A DNA stretch of 64,000 bases. Source: Trichoplax sp. H2. Its lineage: Eukaryota. This document shows positions 40,711 through 54,100 of the stretch, piece by piece (within the stretch, counting starts at the first letter, position 1; each line of letters opens with the position of its first letter). The notes under the pieces are model-generated. The model ran no database searches. It saw nothing but the letters and a program-made list of their open reading frames with translations, and had not been told where the DNA came from. The position numbers and the translations under genes were made by a program. The stretch spans positions 1 to 64,000 of the forward strand of contig NOWV01000272.1 in assembly GCA_003344405.1 (NCBI GenBank), written 5' to 3'.

Positions 40711-41827
40711 TTATATTTAGGCAAACATTGTTTATTTCTCTTCATGCCACAGCGACAATTTGTTGCTAAACGAAGCTTTAGATTAATTTAAAACAGTGTT
40801 TTGCAAAGTAAGATACTTCGTTACGTGTACAGGTTATGAAGACAATTCTACGATTATATAAGCGCTATAGTGGCTTGACCAGTTCCTATTGTAAATAACT
40901 ATCTGTGAAGTTTGCCAACTCTAATTATATTTTCAACTATTTTCGTGCAGTTTAATAATTGTACTAACTACTGTATTTGTGATGCTGGTACCTTGACTGC
41001 CAAATAAACTGAATTCAATACCGAAAGGATCTTATTTTTTTTTAAATTAAACTTGATGAGATTTGATACTGTAATAGCGCAGTTAAAGCAATTATCGAAT
41101 TTACTGTTAGTAATGATATCGATAATTGATAATCTTACTACATTAGCATGCATATATGTTGTCTGATCCAACCAAGCTTGCATGCTTATTCGGTTGGATC
41201 AGGCAACATATATAAATAAGTAATTTATTCCTCAAGTATGCAATCACGATGCTTTGTAGTTTACACTTTGTAATCGATTGTCTAGTTACGTGCAAACCAA
41301 TCTGGTAATGTCATGCTCATTATTAATTTAATTTACAGTTAACCCTTATAGATGTTATGCAGTAGATAATTATTTAATTTAATTTAATTCATAATTTCAT
41401 ATTTTGGTTACTAGTTCTTTATAGTATCTATAAGCAGAGAATTTAGAAATTACAACTGTAGAATAAACACTATGCCATTCCTTTTCCGTCAGTCAACGAC
41501 TAACATGCAAATAAATAATTTCGTTTGAGGTTATTTTATTGACTTAATAAATGAAAACAAGAGTTGATTACAATTACTGTAGATCTAATATTACTACGAT
41601 TCAGGTCACAGATGTAATCATGATGATAAATTCTAGTCTTGCCATCAATTATGTTGCATTACCATAACAATTACTTCATTTGGAGTATTTCATCAACTAT
41701 TCATCTACTTCTACAAGTATATATGTTCTGGCTAAGCGAATAAAAGGATCAAACTTTAGTCCCATTACTAATGATTAATGCATTTTTGCCAATTTTATAG
41801 CTTTAAAGGTAATTAATAATATTACGG

Positions 41828-44800
41828 TCATAAATTAAAATGTACCTCTTCATGTTCTTTATCCATTCGCTGCCATGGAAATCGTCTTCCGTACCGAAAG
41901 TACATCCAGGTTACGATGGTGATAATTAGTCCCATCGCTAGGATTATAGAACAGACTGTAATTATAACTACAACCGTTGTAGCAGGATGATCGGTTCTGG
42001 TCCCATTTCGGTATTCTAAAATAGTGAAGGATAAATATAGTAGTCGATAAGTAGGAAATAGATTTGCTATTTATACGAGTATCTTACCAAGTAGACTTAC
42101 CGTTTGTAATTGCGGTTGTAGTGAAATTTCGGTCAGTTATGAGGGTCAAGGAAAACCAAGATCGAGCTATCATCCTCTCATTATGCCTAGCCGTTACGAC
42201 AACCGAGTTGATATGTAAATTAGTTATCCAAACTAATCGTATTAATGTTGTGATTAGCAGCTAAAATGCTCTCATTATAATTATTAATAAACATTGAAAG
42301 AGATTACTTACGATACAAATAATGTTATTACTGTCGACCCTAGCCGTTGATCTACTTGATCATTAGCATAAAGCCTTAAATCATTGCCACGAATCTGTTG
42401 GCATGATAAAAACCAACTGCCGTTTATTTGCTGACCATAAGATAAATACATCTTCGATGATAGCCCATCAATTCGTATCTTACAATATTCTATCCAAGCG
42501 GCATCAGTCCCGATGAAATGTATATGGAGTGGAACATCACTGCCAACAGCTACATGTATGTCATTGGATTCGATTTGGAATTTATTTGGATCAACTGTAA
42601 TCAAAGAGCACATTTGACAAATAGATCGATGACTTTGCAGCAATGGATGCAAACTATAAGCAAAGGTGCATTGATAGAAAGCAGCGCTCAAATCAGTTAC
42701 TTTCACCATAGCTGATGATAAACCTCCATAACCAAAATCGCAATACGAGAATAAACTTTGAAATTTGCTATGGATGGATAATTGCTGCCAATCCCCAGGA
42801 TGTGCACGACGGCCTAAGAAAGAAGTAAAGCGAATTCGATGACGCTTTGTACCGTTAGCGATGATTTTACCGTCGATTCTCATTGCAGTTGTTGGATAGA
42901 AATAAATTGTTGCCCCATCTAAAATATGAAGAACAGCCTTAGCATGAAGTCGAATAGATCGATAGATTAAATGAGGTCTAGTTGAATTCCAAGTTTCATC
43001 TTGATCAATATCTCTATCATGAATATGAAATTCTGGCGTGATTGGCATTAACTGTTTATCCATAGCATATGGATAAAAATCGACAACATAACCACAACGA
43101 CGCTGTTGAAAATCATTAATTCGTTCGCTAATTCCAATAATATTGTGACTACCCCAATAAGAAAAGCGAGCATCAATAAAATCATGATAAGGAAGGCTTG
43201 ATTCATCGGCAAATTCGTAGCGATTATGATAGTTTAATAATATGTTGTTACGGTAGGAACTTTGGCCTTCTTGATTACAAATAGTTACGCCAAGGCAAGA
43301 CTTGTTGGCAACGTTTTGATCCTTAGTAACGCTTATTGCCATATTTCCCATGAATTGATTGTTATTAAATTGACTTCCATTCCATTTGCCAACTCCTTGA
43401 CAGTTAACAGACATGATTGGAGCTCCTTGTGCGATATTGTGTATGATATAATTAAAATTGAATGCAACCCTTATTCCTTTAGCTAGAAAAATATCAATAA
43501 CGGGATGATTGAATATATAATTATGGGATAACGTATTATTAATTACGAAAATATCTGGTCGTTGGGGCTGTATTGCTTCTTTCTGCAGCGTTAACATCCG
43601 ATTTTGGCTAATATTGAAGGCTAATGTAGCTTGATTTCCTATCTGATTGCCTAGAATATTATTACGTATCCATACTTGACTGTATTGGAATTCATTTCTG
43701 CCCGATATATGAATTCCTCCTTGATTCCATCGTAATAAGCAATCGTCAATATAACTTGTTCCAATTGGATTCTGTATTTGAATGCCATAGCCATGATTCT
43801 TTTCGATTAAGCTATGCGAAATATTTAATTTTGCTTTTCGAAGCAATAAGGCATTGCCTTGAGCACCATGCAATTGACAGTATGTAAATTCGACATAATT
43901 TTTAACGATATCGATCATGTTATTACTCCCTCGAAGAAAAGAAACATAGCGAAAGAATCCATTCTGTAATACAAGCTGCCAATGGAAATGATCATGATTG
44001 TCATTTAATTTGTTTTTATAGCCTTGATTAATATTGGGCATGAAAACAATCCTTGTGTTATTATCGCCTTGTGCTTGAATGGAACCGTAAACTATCATTT
44101 TAGATTGATGATTAAATCTTACTTGGCAACCTGGTGCTATGGTTAACTGGCCAGGATACCAGACTGCAAGGTTAATTCCTGATGGAATAACATGATACTT
44201 ATTCTTTAGCCATCGTTCATGATTGACAATTGCATCAAAGTGATATATAACTGTAGAAGATGAAGTTGTTGCTGTTGCACTATCTGTAGCGTTGTTCAAT
44301 CGAAATTGGCGAAATAAGATGGGAGGCAATTGATTATCATCGTTGAAATCATGAATTCGCTTAGCGATTTCAAGTATATCACGGCTACCCCAGTAGCAAT
44401 ATCTTGCATCAATATAACCTTTATCAATATGATCAATGCTTCCAACTGGATTATAATGATGATTAAATGTAATTAGTTCAAAGCTTCCGTAAAAATTATT
44501 AAATATATTATTAGTTGCATTGATTACATTTTGCTGGACAAAGATGGCGGTAATAATGTCTGCAGTGTTGTAAACTATAGTATTGCGTTGAAAATATTGA
44601 ATATGACTGCCAAGGTAAAGCATCCAAGATTTCTTTCCATTAACGATATTATGAGAAATGTTATTATCAGTAAATGAACTTGTACGGCTAAAACTAGCTG
44701 AGAGAAGATGATGAGGGAAAGAGATGTTATGATTTATAATAACATTATTACTAATTATTCCTTGATCTGCGATAACTTCTATAGCTCCCATGCTGTTGCT

Positions 44801-47261
44801 ATTAAATATATTTCGTTCAAGATGAATGTTAGCCTTTATATCGAGGCTCTTCATTCCGTAGCCACCATTATTTGCGATACGACAATCTACTACTGCAATA
44901 TTACTATTGGAACGAAGATATAGCCCATGCTTGCGACTATTAATTATTTTAGATGAGTGGATAGTCATATTTGCTCCATGAAGAGCAATACCATTACCAA
45001 AACTATCTGTGATTGCCACATTGTTAATAATCAATTTGCTTCCTCTAGCTGTAATTGCTGCAGCATTTTCGGGAGTTTTACTTCCACCAGCATGATATAA
45101 ATCTAAGTAGCTTAGCTGAGTTATTAGTGGCATGGTATGATGTATTATTATTCCTTGCCATTGCTTGCCATTAGTTCCAATAGCTACTCGTTGAAGTTCA
45201 GAACCTTGTATTATCAAACGACCATGGACAGTAATACTAATTCCTTCGGCACTAACTATCCTAGTTCCTTCTTCGATAGTTAGAATTCCTTTAGTACCAA
45301 TAGTCATCGAAGACGTAATAAAATAGGGGCCTTTCTCTGCGCGCCATTTCACTTCATGATTGATTTTGGCATCGTCTTGATCAATTATACTGCCTATCAT
45401 GACATCAATTAAAAAATTAATTTAACGAGGCTAATATAGCTCCGAAAATAATCTTATTGCTTATTGCTCGCTAAGCATCTTGTCCTTTACCTGACGTAGG
45501 TACAATGCAATAAAGCGGTAGATCGGTCACCTGTAGGTAGTAAACGTAATAACCAGGGCGACATTGCTGAATTATAATCTTGGTTTGATCATGTACGCAT
45601 AGGTCCTGCTTATATAAGTAACTGTTTGTACTTCCTGTATAAATTTGCAGAATATGGTGTAATTTCAGTAATATAAAGATGGTGCTAGATCCAGTTCTAT
45701 TTTTATACGACCGATATGTGAAGATAATTTCAAGGAATGACAGTAAAATTCCTCTTGTGGTAGAAATTACATTTACTTTTATATGAAAGCTATTATGTTT
45801 TCAGTTGAAGCAATATATAATAATTTCCTGCTAATCGTCCATCCTCATATAAGAATCTAATATTATTGCAGACTAAAATTGAGGTTATAGGAATAAGTAC
45901 CGGATATTTGAAGTATTTTTATATTGCTGTAGTAATGAACAATACTAACTATCGGTGAAATATTAGAATTTGGAACGCGAGAATTTCATGTGAACTATAT
46001 AGAGCTTGATGTTGCTCGACCTAAGCTGAGGTTAGAAGACAAACTGGAAATTGTACATTAAAAATTTCTTACAAGTAACGCCTTGAATGCAATAGTAGCA
46101 GTAATGTCAAGTATACTGTAATAACAATTTCGATGCACTTATTTGGAATTACCGCAGAAGTAAATATCTCACGGAAGATGTCAGAAGATTGACTGATTGA
46201 CCTAAATAAAGTCTAGATACCCATGTCAGGGAATACTAAGAAGAAAAGAGACTTCTTATGAGCTAGAGGGCAGTTTTTTTTTACGATTATCGTAATAGGT
46301 CTAATTTTGACCTGCCAATTCTAAAAGCTTCATAACTTGTAGATCACGGTTTGCAGAGTATACAGACTTCATTAGATTAATTGATCAACATAACCCTAGA
46401 AGACCGTTCGCAATGTACAGTATTTGTTGAAAATAGTATACAGATTGATGCTTTAATGTCCCTCCTTACAAGTATCTATCCTCTACACTCAGAGCCAATA
46501 TTAAACTTTGTTTTAGTACGGCTACATTAAAATTAAAAGTTTGATCATACTTTACAGCTACGTGTAGTGCCCCGGCTTCCTGCTCAATATCTTGTACTTA
46601 CCGTTATAAGGTATTTTATCCTCTATCCATCGCCATTGATCCATCCCACAAATCGGAGCACCAATTCGATTTGAACAAGAGCTCTTAATCTTACCATCAT
46701 AAGTGCCAACATCAGTTCGAATTCGAAATCGAAACCAACCGTGATTAGTATGATATTGGTTTCGGCCATATCCAATTCCTAGCTTAGCCGACGAGTTACG
46801 TTCATTTTCATGAGAGAAATCATATATAGAGTATCGATGGCATCCGTTTAATAATTCTGTAATCAAATTATAAAATCGATCAAATATCGAGTCACACGGT
46901 ATGTATTTCCTGAAATCTTTTCTACTTTAATTAAGTTTGCATTCAGGATTGTAAGGTGAGTATTTAGCGAGACCACATTAAATTGGATATTTTAGAATAC
47001 AAATGGTTCCTCAGCTATTACAGCTCCTCATATTTTACGATGTTAACATGACAAAGCACGTGCATTTGTTGGCTGAGTTCACTGCACTCATTTATGTGTA
47101 ATTATGAATCTGTACAAGCTTATAGTTCAGTTCTTATACAAACAGGAAAAGAATAGTTATAAAGTATTGGAGTACTAGTTAGGTATATAGCATCATTATT
47201 TACCTGCTTCAACTCCTAAGAATAGGATTGCAAAAAATAGTCGAGAAATTTTACCTCCCAT
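41828..47261 (-). CDS. Large type-I membrane protein: signal peptide, D8C-like (uromodulin/GP2) domain, parallel beta-helix (PbH1) modules, Ig-like stalk, TM, short tail
   Basis: Exons are 47261-47204 (MGGKISRLFFAILFLGVEA), 46856-46602 (C..Y...R...GWFRF...C...CG...W...P), 45634-45491 (QCRPGYYVYYL...YC), 45393-42312 (the 1030-aa ORF with two IDARxxYWGS motifs), 42186-42101 and 42015 to about 41828 (TM VVVIITVCSIILAMGLIITIVTWMYF then RYGRR). The exact 3' end is uncertain. Confidence 0.8.
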
Positions 47262-47957
47262 TTCTGTCGAAAAGCTTCCGTCTTAGAACTGGTGAGAGAA
47301 ATATCGATAGAGAGGTATTTATACTTTAGGATTTTAGAAGGATCGAATGGAAAAGATGACGGTGGGTATCACACTTTAGGTGATAATTTATTACAATCCA
47401 ATCTAAAAATCGCCATTTATAACTACAGCTATAGCTATTACTGACAAATTAATTTAGAGCTATGTTTTAACACCTTTCCATTGGCTCTGTAGATTACAAG
47501 ATGTCAATTTCTCTCTCACACTCTTGCAATTCCATCTCCACAGCGCGAGGTGTTGGTCGTTATATTCCTTATATTGCTACTGAATAAGTTCTAGCAATAA
47601 TAATTTTATCGGGAAGATATGGCTGTGTTAAGAAGAGCTAATACATCAATCGTATAGAGACCCAATACCATGGAGCACATGTTTCATTGTAGCATATATC
47701 TGGCGAATTACTGATAATTCATTTTCGTAATTCCTGAATCGATCGCGTCATAAAGTCTTAAATCTAGCTTGTAAAGTAGCATTTAAAATCATTTATACAG
47801 TCTATTTATCAGTATATATCCGAATAAATACAACACTGTTGGCAGTTATCAAGCATTTTTTTAAGTATATGATACAGCATAAACCGCTGCAGAATAGTCG
47901 TTTGCTGACAATTATCATGTGAAAGGATTACTTTCCGCATAGGGCACTTAGAACCAT

Positions 47958-48362
47958 TTCAGGATTGACCAAGGCTTTGGTTATTATTGATAACTTTTAC
48001 TGTCTAAATAAAATTTAGCTAAGAGCTTGTAGAGCTTTAATATAACAGAATAAGGATTAAGTTTAAATTAATTTGAGAGCTGATACAAAATGACTTCAGG
48101 ATTAATCAAGGCTATACTACTCATTGCCAGCTGTTATCAAACAACTAAATTCAACATGGAGTTTGTAGAGTCTTAGTGTAGCAGAATAAAGCTTAAGTTT
48201 GGTTGATTTGAGAGCAGATTCAAAGTTGCTTCAGGATTAGTCAAGGCTATCCTAATTATTGCAAACTGTTAATCACATCACTTAAATTCAATAAAGAGTT
48301 TGTTGCGTCTAGAATAGCAGAGGAATGGCTAATATTGATTTAATAAGTGCAAATGCAAAGCT
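47958..48362. repeat. Old, diverged three-copy tandem repeat, period about 136 bp
   Basis: The anchor TTCAGGATTRNYCAAGGCT recurs at about 47958, 48095 and 48231, followed by collinear GAG.TTGT and CAGA...TAA blocks. Confidence 0.8.
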
Positions 48363-49585
48363 AGATAATGGCTTTTGTTGATGGATTTGTAATAAATTAT
48401 ACCAGGAATTAAAATCGATCAGGTAAGAAAGATTAAATACTGTTATCAATTAGGAGTAAAGCTATGATACTTTGCTTGCTAATATTGATGATATGTAACT
48501 CTGTTGGTCAAAGGAACATTATGATTCATAGTAATATTCATGGTAACCTTCGCATTGGATAAATATGCCGCTTTGACTATTAACAGGGCAAGTAGAGATT
48601 GCTGAACTTTGAGTGCCATTATTGGTCAAGATGGGTCAAGTTTTAAATTGACTAAATCTCCATATTTAGAGTAGTCTTGTTTTCTTGATAGCTAATTATA
48701 TGCATTCTCAGCTATTTAGTCATTGAAAAATGAATTTACTAATGATCTACGGTATGTTAATACAGTACTATTAGATCAATCAATCCTGCATCGATTAATC
48801 CCTATTTCCTCATACACCGTGCGTTTTTATTTCCCAGTTTAAATCCAATTTTGCTTTTTAACCAAACGCAAAAGCATTGATCTTTGGCAGTCATTAGCAC
48901 ATGGATTAGTAAGAGATTTTCATACCAATCACTCGCATCAAAGGAATACCATACGGTCTGCCATAGATGATAATTGTCAGCAGGATAATATCCCCATATG
49001 TGCCTTTTGCTACCTTGACCTCTATGGTTTTGATATGCTAAAACCTGCGCAGCTGTAGGTTCATGATAGCCCATGTAAGTGTAGTAAGAGTGTTACTGAC
49101 TTAATTTCGTTATAAAATTTTTTTAATTTAGCAATCTTTATACGTTATTAGCTCTTGGATACTATCGTCAAGATCACTGAAATGCTGTGGGAAAGTAGAT
49201 GTTGTATTTGGTTTTTACTTGCTCCTACATATAATTGATCAAGTTATTGAAATTTCGTAGCAATTATCTTCAGTAAACTTGAATGCTTTTCATTTTATCG
49301 TTGCTAATATCGATCTAATTGCTCATATGTTCATCTAATCTTTCCCCCTAGCATAAATTACAGTTATTCAACATTTTTTCCTATTTTCTCACAGTCTAAA
49401 GAGATCTTATATTTTATCAATCAATGATTTAATTATTAATCGATTTTCTGCATATCTTTCTTAGCTAAATAAAGTATTTAGTTAATAATTAGAATAGTAA
49501 GAGACCTGATCTTATAGTCTTATCGCGTACTTTTAGTTAGATATCAATATTAAAAGGTTTATGTTAAATCGAGGATGAAAACGTG

Positions 49586-50410
49586 ATGACAACACTGTCT
49601 AACGTTAACATTGTCGACTGCAATCTTAGTGTTCCAAGCGTTGAGATTGGCATCGATAAACCCAAAATTAAGTGGACAGAAAATGTTGCCGGATTACATA
49701 TTTATATTCCATCTATTTATGCAAAATGTCAGGTTGAGGTTCCATCTTTAGCAGAAGAAGATGAATGGACAATTGGTTGGGTGCAAGCGATGACAGCATT
49801 TCTAGCTGATAATACTTACGGCCAATCTGGTGTTTCTAGTCGTGAAGTGCCAATGCTTCGCAGTGGTCAAGTGAATGCCATCAATATTTGCAGTAATAAA
49901 GGCGAGCAACCTTGGTTTACTAAAAATGGCAATAAAAAACTAGTTTGTGGTCCAACATCGAGTAGTACGCTCCTTGAAATTAAATTCTCTGATCAGTTCA
50001 TCATCGACGTCCCTTGGGATCTGCCCCATTACTGCAAAGAAGCAGCGATGGATGATAATGCTATTGATGAGGTCCTTTCAGAACCCTATCTTAGCGGCAT
50101 TTATCATAACCAATCATTTATTGTATGGTTAGCTGCTCGCAATCAACAATCGAGCCAGTTATTCCCTCTAGTTACGGTTAAATGGAATTTAATATTTCAT
50201 TTTGAAGTCTGTCCATTCCAAAGATTAGGTAAAAGGGCTAAGCAAATGCCACCACTCTTCTTGCAGTCGCCTCAAGTTGCGCAAAATGAAGCTATACCGC
50301 AATCGGTGATTACTGGCAGTCTATATAACGAAGCGGTATCAACGGTTTGGAGATCTCAAACCTGCAACACAGTTATATCTAAACCAAATAGCAAATGCCA
50401 AATCATGTAA
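49586..50410 (+). CDS. FAM78: FAM78 family protein, single coding exon
   Basis: WTIGWVQA, NTYGQSGVSSREVPML, VCGPT, QSFIVWLAARN, EVCPFQRLGKRA and NEAIPQS are collinear with FAM78A/B motifs (WVVGWIQAC, NQYGEQGMSSWELP, QSFTTWLVATN, EVNPNRPLGQRA). Confidence 0.85.
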   Translation: MTTLSNVNIVDCNLSVPSVEIGIDKPKIKWTENVAGLHIYIPSIYAKCQVEVPSLAEEDEWTIGWVQAMTAFLADNTYGQSGVSSREVPMLRSGQVNAINICSNKGEQPWFTKNGNKKLVCGPTSSSTLLEIKFSDQFIIDVPWDLPHYCKEAAMDDNAIDEVLSEPYLSGIYHNQSFIVWLAARNQQSSQLFPLVTVKWNLIFHFEVCPFQRLGKRAKQMPPLFLQSPQVAQNEAIPQSVITGSLYNEAVSTVWRSQTCNTVISKPNSKCQIM

Positions 50411-51160
50411 TAATCAACCTAGATTGCTATATCAACAAAGGTGGTCCTCTTAAATACGCGTAGGTGTTGGAATAGGCTGAGAATAATTCTGTCTCAGGTT
50501 AACAATCGCAGCCTTGATTCCTTGCGGTTAAAATTGATTTTGTATACGGTGAGAATTGGCGTAGTTTATAGCGTTTGGGTAAGCCTAGAACATCAGGTAT
50601 CTCTTCTTCGTTTGATGGAATACAAGGCAAGATATTTATGAAGTCTCGACGAAATATGGAAGCAATGATTGCTATATGCGTTTCTAAGTAATACATTCGT
50701 ATATGAGTTTGGCAGCGTTTATTAATCTTTTTCTATGATCGTTTTTGCTTGAAGAGTTTATAAACTTGAAAAGTTTTATTACAACTTTAAATGTTGTATG
50801 ATTATATTAAAGAGTGTAATGTGTACGATTCGATTACGGAAGATTTTTCTGGTCGCAATATAATTTGTAAACTCTTTGAAATTGTTTTAATCATTGATTA
50901 GAATCAAGTTTCTGTTGTCAACTAATTAAGTAACAATTCGATACAGTAAGTCAGTCTTGCAATACTGTAGCAATATGAAACTAAATACCACCTAATCTGC
51001 TACAGCTAAGAGAAAAATGATTAACTTTATTAATATGATTACAATTTATTTTCGACGTCCAAGGAATATTTTAAAATAGTATACATTAATCTAAGGTTTT
51101 TACAACGTACAATAGGACAAATAAAGGGATTAAAATAGCCGTGTTAGTTGGTAAAATGAT

Positions 51161-54100
51161 TTATTCAGTTTTTTCTTGCTTTGCAGCGGGTTCCTTTACA
51201 GATAAATTAATGAAAGAGGTAATTTTTAGCGAGATAGTAATTTCAGATAGATTGCTATATTTCAGCTGGGATATGCAAGTCGTATTTTGTATTACATTTT
51301 AAAAATTTTACATGCAGGGTTTATTACCTCAGTATCATCGTCATTATCATCATTTGTTCGGCCACGCTTACCACGGCCTTTACCGAACCTCTTCTTATTT
51401 CCGTCCTTTCTAGTATTAACCTTTCGCTTACCTGGCAGTGAATTATATTGAGGTTTTGTAAGCAACTAAACTTTTCGTGGACACGTCAGTCTTGAAAATG
51501 ATTACAACTTACGTCTTTTTTCCTTCATTTTTACTCTATCGGCATTGTATTTGATCCAGTATTGCTTTTCCTCATCATCTATGTTAAAAATTGACTGAGT
51601 GAGTAGGATTGTCCAAATGTAACTGCTTGAACTATTGTATATTTAATGTCAAATATATGTAGTTAACTAACCAGCTAAAACTTTTACGGTTGACTCAACG
51701 TCACGAATGACTATTTTCCCATCATTTTTTTCTTTAACTTTTTCAATCGCACGTGTGGCGCCATCACCTTCCGTGAACCTTATGTAGCCCTAAAGTGTTA
51801 CATAAAGCATTTGGTGAATTAAATGCTAACAAACGATTGATATCAGCGCACATAGTTACCTCAGTATCATTTCGGGAAAAATCTACAAAACTAATACTTT
51901 CAAATTCACCAAAGATTTCCTACGCAAAAAATATGCATAGATAATTATAATTTGCAATCAATGAGCGTATAAATCCTTTCAAGTCATTGGCTACATTGTA
52001 CGACATACCTTCAGATCTTCACGAGATGTTTGTTCTCCGACGTCCTTGAAATACATAATACAGCCCTTTTCGTAATCAGGCACTTCTTCCTATTATGCAA
52101 AATGCAGCTTTTAATCATTTCGCGCGTACATCCTGCACAATGATGAGAAGACATTATGAAATTACCTTTTCTTCTTGATTATCGTTCTCTGCGTCTTCAT
52201 CGTCAGAGTTGTTCTGTTGTCTAATAGGGAATATTCCAAGATCGTGTAAATTTGACATAAGTAACAACTAGTATCTCTTTTACTACTAACCCTCCAGCAG
52301 TAAGACGCTTTGCCAGCTTCGTTTCGGCTCTCTCTTTGCGTTTTTTCTCGTAGTAGTTCTTTCTAGTAAATGATTGCATCCAGATATTAACATCAGGGCT
52401 GTAAAATAGGTAAATCGTAAAGCAGTAACTTTTAGAAATCAATCAAACTTACTGATACAATCTTTCTAGCTCTGATTCTTGAAATGTAATGTTTTCACCG
52501 TTGACAAATTTTACAGCATCTTCTTGCTTGCAGAATTCAACAAAGATTGAGCCCTATCCGATGAAAGGGAAATTATTGTCAGTACTCGTAAGATTAGTTC
52601 CCGTAACATTCTGTTATCAAAGTTAACGCGTTGTCACACCTTAAAGTTCCTGTCCTTGTATCTTCGCATTCTAATATAATTTACCTGAGATGAAGTAAAA
52701 AAGGTAAAAATGATATAAATTTTAAGGAAGATTGGATAAATGATTAATTGTATGTAGTGCTACTTGTAAATGTCGTATTACTACTTACTTGTCCAAATGT
52801 CGTTATGAAATTTTCGATTTGTTCTAATGAGGTTTCTGGAGGAAAACCTTTCTGTAAAATTGATTAAAATGCATTATTATGTTGAGTCCAGTTTAAGGTT
52901 ACCATATTTGATTATGGTCATTGCGGTACCCATATTGTACAACATGACTGGAGAACGAATACAATGTAATCTTTACAGAAATGATAATTGTATATGTTAC
53001 TACCTAAGCAGGTTGTAAAAGTCACAAGTTAATTTATTCCACGCATCATAATACTGACCACGTATACAGTACGACTTTTCATATCCACCCGTTTGTCTTC
53101 AGTTACAATTTCAATTGGGTTAGCGGCACTACGTTGAAGACTCTGCCCATCTTCACTTATCTGTTAACAGTGATCGATGTGTTATCAATTACACGCACGG
53201 TAGCTACATAGAAATGTTAAAACTACAACAGATTAATCGTATGTCCAATTTATCCGGTATTGGAAAGGTATAAGTTTGAATAGAAAGTATCACGACAGAA
53301 GTTCCATTTAAATCTGAGGACTGCCGACTGTAGTAAGTATAATATTCACATAAGCAAGTCCTATTGGTATGTCATTCATTCATGGATAATTATATATAAT
53401 AGCTATAATTTGCCTAGAACCACAATTTCTTATACCTCGACGACATTGTTTGTTGATTTCTTCAAAGCTGCCATAATGACATCTGTATCCGTGGATAATG
53501 ACTAAATGTTAAAGTTACAGTGGTATATTGCATTAGTCATAATATCATTCATATGATAGTTTACTCGACGCGGTATATCCTTGTTAATAAGCTTTTGGCA
53601 TATCAAAAGATTTCAATTTACAAATTACCTTTAACCTGTTGAAAGTCATTAATACTGACAATGGTATCCCTATATACGTGCATAGTCATTCTGTTAAGGT
53701 GTATCAATAGCGGAGGATTTTTCCATAATAACATCCAATTAATACATTTGGCTCTATTATTGCTTAGTGATGGTAATCCATAATTATATCATGACTATAT
53801 TGATCACATAAGTGATTATTTGTAAATTGCAATATCAAAAACAGCGTGTACATGAGTACGTAAAAGATACAGCCATTATTTTCAACGATCTTCTCCTGCA
53901 GGAAACGATCCCTTGGTAAGTTATGGTCACCAAAGTAGAACTGCATAGGAAGAGCAATAAGCAATTAGCAGTTGTTTTAGTATTACATATAATAGAAGGT
54001 TTAATGAAATGGATATATTCGATTGTTAACGGGCCTGATGAGTTTTATAATAATACTAAAAGCACATCATCGCAATTCAGCTCACTATATGAGTATACAT

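Noticed and set aside
48802..49074. 90-aa minus-strand ORF
   Set aside because: No recognisable homology. Plus-strand AG/GT signals around 48837-49075 suggest it may instead be a non-coding 5' exon of the FAM78 gene.
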